DNA of 64,000 nt, taken from contig CAWKJP010000005.1 of the NCBI GenBank assembly GCA_963850035.1, positions 195,644-259,643 on the forward strand. Direction: 5' to 3'. The translations under genes and the position numbers were made by a program. Origin of the DNA: an uncultured Chloroflexia bacterium. Its GTDB lineage: Bacteria > Chloroflexota > Limnocylindria > Limnocylindrales > CSP1-4. This document shows positions 57,100 to 64,000 of the stretch, in pieces; the stretch's first letter is position 1; the number at the start of each line of letters is the position of its first letter. The notes beneath the pieces are model-generated. The model was not told the DNA's origin. It worked only from the letters and a program-made list of their open reading frames with translations, and searched no databases.

Positions 57100-58134
57100 T
57101 CAGCTCCCCGCCGCGCCCCGGATCAGGGGGAGGGCCGCGGCGATGGGAATCGCGAACCCGACGCCCTGTGAGTTGCTGGCGCTGGCCGTGACGATCCCGA
57201 TGACCTTCCCGGCCCCGTCGAGCAGCGGTCCGCCGCTGTTGCCGGGGTTGATCGCGGCGTCCGTCTGGATGAGCCCGGTCAGGTGGGTCGTGCGCCGGGA
57301 GAGGCCGTCGCCCACGTCGATCGTGCGGCCGAGGCCCGAGACGATTCCCTGCGTGATCGTGTCGGAGAACGTGCCGAGCGGGCTGCCGATCGCGATCGCG
57401 ACCTCCCCCACCATCAGCGCGGACGAGTCTCCGAGCGCGAGCGGGGTCAGTCCCGTGGACGCGACCCGCACGAGGGCCAGGTCCAGCTTGGCATCGCTCG
57501 CGACGACCGTCCCGGCGACCTGGCGGCCGTTCTCGAACGTGACGGTGATCGTCGACGCGCCGTTGGTCACGTGGTTGTTCGTGAGGATGAGCCCGTCTGC
57601 AGAGACGACGAAGCCGGATCCGCTCCCCGTCGAGCCGGCGCTGCCGGTGAAGGGATCGAAGGCGCCCGCCTGCTCTGTCGCGATCGTGACCACCGACGCG
57701 GCCGCGTCGGTCGCGACGCGGGTCGCCACGTCGACGCCGCCGGCCGCGGTGAGCGACCCCTGGGCGGCCGACGCCGTGGCCGCGGCCGTTGTCGGTGCAG
57801 CGGTCACGGCGGGCGTGGCGGAAGGGCCCGGTGTCGCGATCTCGAGGGCGGCGAACGTCATGCCCGACGAGAGCAGCGCGGACAGCGCGGCCGCGACGAC
57901 GACCAGCCGTGCGCCACCGGAACGTGCCGGCCGGCGCGGCTCGCTGGGCGGCAGCAACGGCGCCTCGACGACGAGCGGCGGCCAGGCCCCGCGACCGCCC
58001 GGCTCAGGTGCAACCGGAGGATCGGCGAACGGCGCCGGGCGCCAGCGCGCGTCCGGCTCGACGCCCGGCCACGGCTCGGGGCTGAGCGGCGGTGCCGGAT
58101 CCGGCTCAGGCGCGCTGAAGGTCGGCTGGTCCAT
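57100..58134 (-). CDS. secreted trypsin-like (S1C/HtrA-type) serine protease without PDZ
   Basis: An ATG preceded by CAGGAG. It has a Pro-rich N-terminus, a TM or signal segment, and the catalytic blocks His (LILTNNHV), Asp (DLALVRV) and Ser (GNSGGPLLD). Confidence 0.8.
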   Translation of the reverse strand: MDQPTFSAPEPDPAPPLSPEPWPGVEPDARWRPAPFADPPVAPEPGGRGAWPPLVVEAPLLPPSEPRRPARSGGARLVVVAAALSALLSSGMTFAALEIATPGPSATPAVTAAPTTAAATASAAQGSLTAAGGVDVATRVATDAAASVVTIATEQAGAFDPFTGSAGSTGSGSGFVVSADGLILTNNHVTNGASTITVTFENGRQVAGTVVASDAKLDLALVRVASTGLTPLALGDSSALMVGEVAIAIGSPLGTFSDTITQGIVSGLGRTIDVGDGLSRRTTHLTGLIQTDAAINPGNSGGPLLDGAGKVIGIVTASASNSQGVGFAIPIAAALPLIRGAAGS

Positions 58135-58377
58135 GCGGGGCTCCTGTCCAGGCGAAGCGGGGGCGGTCCGCCGCGTGCCACGCATGTTGTATACCGCGCG
58201 GCTGAAGAGCGCCTGAACGGCTCCTCGCCGGCGACCGCCCATGGTCACCGCGGAGCCCGAAGGTCAGCTGCCACAATTCGCCGCGCGGCGGCGCATGCCG
58301 TGCCGGGCGACGCCCGCCCGAGCGTTGCCCGTACCCGAGGAGCGCCAGGGCCGTCAGGCGCGCATCCGCCTGTGTCC

Positions 58378-59649
58378 CTACCCGCCCCGGCGCGCGCGAC
58401 GGCCCGCGACCGCTCCGAGGAGCAGGAAGACCATGAGCAGGCCGACGGTCAGTCCCGCCACGATGCCGTCGCGAAGCGGCCCGCGCGCCCACGCCGCGTC
58501 GCGCGCGAGCGACGGCGCCGGGTCGGATCCACGCGACCCAGGGGTGGTCGGCGGAAGCGGAGGCGTGTCCCATCCCGCCCGCGGGGCTCGAGCCGAGATG
58601 GCGCTCCCCTGGCCGGCGGCGGCCTCGCCGCCCTGCGTCGTCGGGAGCGGACCCACCGACGGCGCGGGCGCGTCGCCAGGCGAGACCGGCGTTGCCGCGT
58701 TGAGGGGCGGGACCGGCACCCCTGCGCGATCGTCCCCCGCCGGCGGGACGGCCGGTGGCGTCGGGGCCACGACCCCTCCGGCCTCGGCCGGCGTCGATGC
58801 CCCGTCGCCCGTCCCCGGGACGGCTCCGGGCCCCGCGATCCCCAGCAGCTCCGGCACCGTCACGAACGAGAACCCGCGCGCGCGGTAGCCCGCGATCAGT
58901 GCGGGCAGGATCCGCGGGGTGACCGACGGGCCGGCATGCAGGAGGACGATGGACCCGGGCCGCCCGGCGCTCGCGTTCGCGAGGACGCTGGCGTCCGTGG
59001 CGCTGAGGCTCGCGTCGCCGCCCGTCGTGTCCCACAGCACGATGGTGGGGAAGCCGGCGGCGGCTGCTGCGGCGTCGGACGCCGCATCGTGGTAGCCGTA
59101 CGGTGGCCGGAAGACCGGGATCATCGGCCGGCCCGTCGCCTCGAGCACGAGCCGGGCGTTGCGAAGGAGGTCGGCCTGCACCTGTCCCGGCGGCCGGTTG
59201 CGCACGTCCTCGTGGAGCACGGTGTGGTTCCCGATCGGGAAGCCCGCCTCGGCGATCGACCGCCAGAGCTTCGGGTCCCAGCGCAGGTAGGCCCCGTTGA
59301 CGAAGAACGTCGCCGTGACGCCGGCCCGCGTCAGCTCGCCGAAGATCTGGCGCACGTTCGCGGGGGCATAGCCGTCGTCGAAGGTCAGGGCAACGACCTT
59401 GGCGGTCCGCGGTCCGTGGAAGACGACCAGCGGCGGCTGCACGACCGCGGTCCCCGGCGTCGCGGGCGCTGGACCAACCGGATGGCCGGAGCCGAACACG
59501 ACGGGCACCGGGACGAGGTCCAGGTTGTGCGGATCGGCCGCCCACGTGGTTCCGGGCAGCGCGGCAAGCGCGACGAGGAGCGGCGCCGCGAGCGCCGCGC
59601 GACGCAGCCGACTGATCGCGCGGGACCGCGCGGGGGAACCGGGAGCCAT
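58378..59649 (-). CDS. polysaccharide deacetylase (NodB/CE4 domain), secreted, with a C-terminal TM anchor
   Basis: It has a signal peptide (AALAAPLLVALAALPGTTWA), NodB motifs (LTFDDGY, HTVLHED) and a Pro-rich tail ending in a TM segment. Confidence 0.75.
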   Translation of the reverse strand: MAPGSPARSRAISRLRRAALAAPLLVALAALPGTTWAADPHNLDLVPVPVVFGSGHPVGPAPATPGTAVVQPPLVVFHGPRTAKVVALTFDDGYAPANVRQIFGELTRAGVTATFFVNGAYLRWDPKLWRSIAEAGFPIGNHTVLHEDVRNRPPGQVQADLLRNARLVLEATGRPMIPVFRPPYGYHDAASDAAAAAAGFPTIVLWDTTGGDASLSATDASVLANASAGRPGSIVLLHAGPSVTPRILPALIAGYRARGFSFVTVPELLGIAGPGAVPGTGDGASTPAEAGGVVAPTPPAVPPAGDDRAGVPVPPLNAATPVSPGDAPAPSVGPLPTTQGGEAAAGQGSAISARAPRAGWDTPPLPPTTPGSRGSDPAPSLARDAAWARGPLRDGIVAGLTVGLLMVFLLLGAVAGRRARRGG

Positions 59650-59766
59650 CCGCCAACGATAGCGGCCCCGGTCCCATTCGCCCATGGCCGAGGGGTACCG
59701 AAATGGATGCCGCATCGGTCGTCCCGCAGGCAACGCACACGGGGACGCGACGAGCAGGACCGCGAG

Positions 59767-61089
59767 TCAGGCGGCCGGCGTGGTGCCCGGGGCGGGACCC
59801 GGTCGGTGGGCCTCGCCCGCCGTGACCTGCCGCATGTCGAACGCGGCAAGCTCGGGGAACGAGCGGATGATCGCGACGAGGCCAACCAGGCACAGGAACC
59901 CGCCGCTGACGACGGAAAGCTGGGCGCCCGCGAGGGACGCGACCGCGCTGGCTTCCACGTCCCCGAGGCGCGGGCCCCCGGTCACGACCAGGATGTGGAT
60001 CGAGGTCACCCGTCCCCGCAGCTCGTCGGGCGTGAGCAGCTGCACGATCGCGCTCCGCAGGACCGCGGTGATCACATCGGCCGCGCCTGCGGCGGCCAGC
60101 AGGACGAGCGCGAGCGGGAAGCTGAACGTGCACAGGCCGAACGCGGTGATCGCCAGGCCCCATCCGGCGGACGCCCAGAGGACCGCGCGCCCGGTCCGCC
60201 GGACGCGCCCGACCCACCCCGTCAGCAGCGCCCCGATCAGCGCCCCCGCGGCAGGCGCCGCCGCCAGCAGGCCGAGCCCGGCGGGCCCGACGTGGAAGAC
60301 GTCGAGCGCGAGCACCGGGAAGAGCGCCGTCGGCATCCCGAAGACCATGGCGTTGAGGTCCACGACGAAGGTGCCGAGGATGGCGCGGCGGCGGCGCGCA
60401 AACCGCAGCCCCTCCGCGATCGCGGCGAGGCTGGGCCGGACCGCACCATGCGCCGGCGGGATCGGGGCGATGACGAGGAGCGCGGCGATGGCCGCACCGA
60501 ACGTGACCACGTCGAAGGCGTAGCCGGCCGCGATTCCCAGGGTCGCGATGACCAGCCCGCCGATCGCGGGACCGACGACGCCGGCCGCCTGGAAGTTGAG
60601 CTGGCCGAGCGCGAGCGCCGCCGGCAGCCGCTCGCGCGCAACGAGCCTCGGGATCGCCGAGGAGCGCGCCGGCTGGTCGATCGCGCCGAAGCCGGCGGCG
60701 ACGAACGCCACCGCGTAGATCGCCAGGACCGGGGGAGACGGCAGGAGCGCGAGTCCCGCGAGCATCGCACTGGCGACGGCGAGGCCGGCCTGCGTGGCGA
60801 GGAGCAGCCGGCGGCGGTCGACCGCGTCCGCGATGACGCCGCCGCCGAGCGAGAACGCCATGATCGGCACGACCTGGACCAGGGCCAGCGCTCCGATCGC
60901 CAGCGGCGTCCCGGTCAGCACGTAGAGCTGGTACGGCAGGACGATCGCGGTGACCTGGCGGCCCAGGCCGCTGATGGCCTGGCCGATCCACAGCATCCGG
61001 AAGTCGCGGTCGCGCCGGAGCGGCTCGACGTCGACGATCAGGCGACGCAGCGTGTCGCGACGACGGGTTGGCTCGGGGGACTGCTGCAT
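59767..61089 (-). CDS. MFS transporter
   Basis: 440 aa with about 12 TM helices and a typical MFS organisation. Confidence 0.8.
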   Translation of the reverse strand: MQQSPEPTRRRDTLRRLIVDVEPLRRDRDFRMLWIGQAISGLGRQVTAIVLPYQLYVLTGTPLAIGALALVQVVPIMAFSLGGGVIADAVDRRRLLLATQAGLAVASAMLAGLALLPSPPVLAIYAVAFVAAGFGAIDQPARSSAIPRLVARERLPAALALGQLNFQAAGVVGPAIGGLVIATLGIAAGYAFDVVTFGAAIAALLVIAPIPPAHGAVRPSLAAIAEGLRFARRRRAILGTFVVDLNAMVFGMPTALFPVLALDVFHVGPAGLGLLAAAPAAGALIGALLTGWVGRVRRTGRAVLWASAGWGLAITAFGLCTFSFPLALVLLAAAGAADVITAVLRSAIVQLLTPDELRGRVTSIHILVVTGGPRLGDVEASAVASLAGAQLSVVSGGFLCLVGLVAIIRSFPELAAFDMRQVTAGEAHRPGPAPGTTPAA

Positions 61090-61216
61090 CGCCGCATGAT
61101 CCTACCCGGGACGGCACGAAGCCCGGCCGCCGGGCCGGGCTTCGTCGCGCTGTTCAGGTCCGGCCGCGGGGCCGGGTGCCCGGGACCGGTCGGACCGGCC
61201 ACCGGATGGGCGTGGG

Positions 61217-63982
61217 CTACTTGTCGTTCTCCGCCGCGTTGACCAGGACCGCCTGTGCCGCCGCGAGCCGCGCCACGGGGACGCGGAACGGCGAGCACGA
61301 GACGTAGTTGAGGCCGATGGTCTCGCACTTGTGGATCGACGCGGGATCTCCACCGTGCTCGCCGCAGATGCCGACCTTGAGGTCGGGCCGGGTCGAGCGA
61401 CCCTTCTCGACGGCCATGCGCATCTCGTCGGCGATCACCACGTCCAGCGTCTGGAACGGGTTCTCGGGGAGGATCTTGTCCTCGACGTACTTGAGGAGGA
61501 AGCCGCCCTCCGCGTCGTCGCGGCTGTAGCCGAACGTCATCTGGGTGAGGTCGTTCGTGCCGAAGCTGAAGAACTCCGCGTGCTTGGCGATCTCGTCCGC
61601 GACCCAGCAGGCTCGCGGGATCTCGATCATCGTGCCGAACTTGAAGTTGATCGCCTCGCCGGCGGCGGCGACCACGGCGTGCGCCTCCGCGTCGAGCAGC
61701 GCGCGCGTCGCGATCAGCTCGTTCACGTGGCCGACGAGCGGGATCATGATCTCCGGGCGCGGATCCTTGCCGGCCCGCTTCACCGCCACGGCGGCGTTGA
61801 GGATGGCGCGGGTCTGGATCTTCACGAAGTCCGGGATCATCAGCCCGAGGCGGCAGCCACGAAGGCCCAGCATCGGGTTCTGCTCGTGCATCGACTTGAT
61901 GGTGGCGAGCAGCTCCTTGTCCTCGTCCGTCGCCGCGTCGCCGGCCTTCGTCACCTTGACGAGCTGCTCCTCGAGGTTCGGAAGGAACTCATGGAGCGGT
62001 GGGTCGATGAGGCGGATGACGACCGGGAGGCCGCTCATCGCGGCGAGGATCCCCTCGAAGTCGCCCTGCTGGAGCACCTCGAGCTTCCCCATCGCCCCGT
62101 CGAACTCGGCCACGACGGCCTGCTCGTCCGCATCGAGGGCCTCGCCCGCGGCGATCTTGGCCTTCGCCCGGGTCGCCGCGTTCGCGACCAGGATGGCGCC
62201 CCGGACGATCTCCAGGCGCTCGCCCTCGCGGAACATGTGCTCGGTCCGGCAGAGGCCGATCCCCTGCGCGCCGTACGAGCGGGCCTGTGCGGCCTCCTCG
62301 GGCTTGTCGGCGTTCGTCCAGATCTGGAGGCGACGGATCTCGTCGGCCCAGCCGAGGACACGCTGCAGCTCGGGCTGGTCCTCGAACCGCGCGGAGACGG
62401 TCGGCAGCGCGCCGACGAAGACCTCGCCAGTGGAGCCGTCCACGCTGACCCAGTCGCCCTCGGCGAAGCTGAGCCCGCTGTCCGTGCTGTGGGCCGTCTT
62501 CGTCGCGTAGTCGACGACCAGCTCGGCGCACCCGGCGACACAGGGCTTGCCGATCTGGCGGGCGACCACGGCCGCGTGCGACGTGGCGCCGCCGCGCGCG
62601 GTCAGGATCCCCTGCGCCACGGCCATCCCGTGGAAGTCGTCGGGGGACGTCTCGACACGGACCAGGACCACCTTCTCGCCGCGCGCGACCCACTCCACCG
62701 CGACGTCCGCGTTGAAGACGGCGCGCCCGACTGCGGCGCCCGGCGACGCGTTCAGCCCCTTGGCGATCCGCTTTGCGACCTTGCGGGCGATCGGGTCGAA
62801 CTGGTCGCGCAGGAGCTGGTCCACCTGGGCCGGCTCGATGCGGGCCACGGCCTCGGCCTTGGTGATGACGCCGTCGTCGACCATGTCGCAGGCGATCTTC
62901 ACGGCGGCTGCAGCCGTCCGCTTCGCGTCGCGGGTCTGGAGCATGTACAGGCGGCCGCGCTCGATGGTGAACTCGAGGTCCTGCACGTTCCGGTAGTGGA
63001 GCTCCAGCTGGTTCGCGATCCGCTGGAACTCCGCGTACGCCTCGGGCATCTCCTCGGCGAGGTGGCTGATCTTCTGCGGGGTCCGGATCCCGGCCACCAC
63101 GTCCTCGCCCTGGGCGTTGACGAGGTACTCGCCGTAGAGCTCCTTCTCGCCGGTGTTCGGGTCGCGCGTGAACGCGACGCCGGTCCCCGAGTCGTCACCC
63201 ATGTTGCCGAAGACCATGGTGACCACGTTGACCGCGGTGCCGAGGTCGTGGGCGATCTTCTGGCTGTTCCGGTAGTCGTTCGCGCGCTTGCCGAACCAGG
63301 AGGCGAAGACGGCCTTGATGGCGAGGTCCAGCTGCTCGTCCGGGTCGCTCGGGAAGTCCCGGCCGGTCGCGTCACGGACGATCGTCTTGAACTCGGTCAC
63401 GAGCTCGCCCAGGTCAGAGGCCGTCAGGTCCGTGTCCGCGGCCGCGCCACGGGCGGTCTTCTTGGCCTGGATGGCGTGCTCGAACAGCTCGCCGTCGACG
63501 TCCAGGACGATCCGGCCGAACATCTGGATGAAGCGCCGGTACGCGTCCCAGCCGAAGCGCTCGTTGCCCGTCAGCGCGACGAGGCCGGTGAGCGTCCCCT
63601 CGTTGAGACCCAGGTTGAGGACCGTGTCCATCATGCCCGGCATCGAGAACTTCGCGCCCGAGCGGACGGAGACGAGGAGCGGGTTCTTCGGATCACCGAA
63701 GCCCTTGCCCGTCTGCTTCTCCACGTCGCGGACCGCGGCCAGGACGTCGTCCCAGAGCCCGTCCGGGAGCTGCTTCCCGGCGGCGAAGTAGTCGTTGCAG
63801 GCTTCCGTCGTGATGGTGAATCCCGGCGGGGTCGGCAGGCCGGCGTTCGTCATCTCGGCGAGCCCGGCGCCCTTCCCGCCAAGGAGATCCTTCATCCCGC
63901 CGTTGCCCTCGGCCCGGCCGTCGCCCCAGGCGTAGATGTAGCGCTTGGCGGCGCGATGGGCGCGCGTGGCAGACTCCGGCAT
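61217..63982 (-). CDS. ppdK: pyruvate, phosphate dikinase
   Basis: 921 aa with N-terminal ATP-grasp blocks (LLGGKGAGLAEM), a central phospho-His domain (GGATSHAAVVARQIGKPCVAG) and a C-terminal PEP-utilising TIM barrel (GLCRTEHMF ... FSFGTNDLTQ). Confidence 0.9.
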   Translation of the reverse strand: MPESATRAHRAAKRYIYAWGDGRAEGNGGMKDLLGGKGAGLAEMTNAGLPTPPGFTITTEACNDYFAAGKQLPDGLWDDVLAAVRDVEKQTGKGFGDPKNPLLVSVRSGAKFSMPGMMDTVLNLGLNEGTLTGLVALTGNERFGWDAYRRFIQMFGRIVLDVDGELFEHAIQAKKTARGAAADTDLTASDLGELVTEFKTIVRDATGRDFPSDPDEQLDLAIKAVFASWFGKRANDYRNSQKIAHDLGTAVNVVTMVFGNMGDDSGTGVAFTRDPNTGEKELYGEYLVNAQGEDVVAGIRTPQKISHLAEEMPEAYAEFQRIANQLELHYRNVQDLEFTIERGRLYMLQTRDAKRTAAAAVKIACDMVDDGVITKAEAVARIEPAQVDQLLRDQFDPIARKVAKRIAKGLNASPGAAVGRAVFNADVAVEWVARGEKVVLVRVETSPDDFHGMAVAQGILTARGGATSHAAVVARQIGKPCVAGCAELVVDYATKTAHSTDSGLSFAEGDWVSVDGSTGEVFVGALPTVSARFEDQPELQRVLGWADEIRRLQIWTNADKPEEAAQARSYGAQGIGLCRTEHMFREGERLEIVRGAILVANAATRAKAKIAAGEALDADEQAVVAEFDGAMGKLEVLQQGDFEGILAAMSGLPVVIRLIDPPLHEFLPNLEEQLVKVTKAGDAATDEDKELLATIKSMHEQNPMLGLRGCRLGLMIPDFVKIQTRAILNAAVAVKRAGKDPRPEIMIPLVGHVNELIATRALLDAEAHAVVAAAGEAINFKFGTMIEIPRACWVADEIAKHAEFFSFGTNDLTQMTFGYSRDDAEGGFLLKYVEDKILPENPFQTLDVVIADEMRMAVEKGRSTRPDLKVGICGEHGGDPASIHKCETIGLNYVSCSPFRVPVARLAAAQAVLVNAAENDK

Positions 63983-64000
63983 TGAGCGATACCTCCGGTG

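Noticed and set aside
57283-61242. 1319-aa ORF on the plus strand (and the 1003-aa ORF 58106..61117 on the minus strand)
   Set aside because: It overlaps the S1 protease, deacetylase and MFS genes on the opposite strand or in another frame. It is extremely Arg/Asp/Gly-rich with no domain-like segments.
61331-63985. 884-aa plus-strand ORF
   Set aside because: It is antisense to pyruvate phosphate dikinase, whose identity is certain from multiple conserved blocks.
1-64000. tRNA, rRNA, CRISPR arrays, integrases or transposases
   Set aside because: No T-loop-like GGTTCGA(A/G)TCC contexts outside coding regions, no regularly spaced direct-repeat arrays, and no recombinase-like translations were found.

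Overview
This is a 64 kb, very GC-rich (~70%+) stretch of bacterial chromosome with actinobacterial-style gene content: three LLM-class and one PPOX-class putative F420-dependent enzymes, a ferritin similar to mycobacterial BfrB, a Fur-family regulator next to a NiCoT nickel transporter, and lipoproteins with Pro/Ala/Thr-rich linkers. It is gene-dense on both strands. I found no rRNA, tRNA, CRISPR array, transposase or obvious prophage. Many long 'shadow' ORFs lie antisense to genes that have homology support and were discarded.

Main content:
- Signalling: two large c-di-GMP / two-component clusters. One (12.3-16.4 kb) is a hybrid histidine kinase followed by an REC-PAS-EAL phosphodiesterase. 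The other (23-34.8 kb) contains a 7TM-PAS-GGDEF cyclase, ahcY, a multi-PAS hybrid histidine kinase with two receiver domains, an Hpt domain, an REC-GGDEF cyclase and a multi-PAS EAL phosphodiesterase. There are also two paralogous zinc-ribbon/adenylate-cyclase/AAA-ATPase/TPR regulators.
- Metabolism and transport: a nickel unit (Fur-family regulator divergent from a NiCoT permease), a fused MtnA-MtnB methionine-salvage protein, GreA, ferritin, two MFS transporters, a uracil permease and pyruvate phosphate dikinase.
- Secreted and envelope proteins: a secreted S8 peptidase, an S1 protease, a polysaccharide deacetylase, a lipoprotein with two cupredoxin domains, an SPFH/band-7 protein and a TolB-like beta-propeller protein.

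Most notable observations:
- A ~20 bp composite palindrome (RTGACR-N3-YGTCATGACAC) recurs five times, each immediately upstream of or overlapping the start of a signalling gene or a small ORF. It may mark an undescribed regulon.
- A tandem PAS-PAS sensory cassette is duplicated between a histidine kinase and an EAL phosphodiesterase in the same cluster.
- At least four or five otherwise well-conserved genes carry single-frame shifts (cupin, a lipoprotein, a pentapeptide-repeat protein, MtnA, and possibly the kinase/Hpt junction). This points to either pseudogenisation or indel errors in the assembly.
- There are unusual tandem 16-bp mini-hairpin repeats downstream of the cupredoxin gene.

All functional calls are from reading the translations by eye. 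I ran no database searches.
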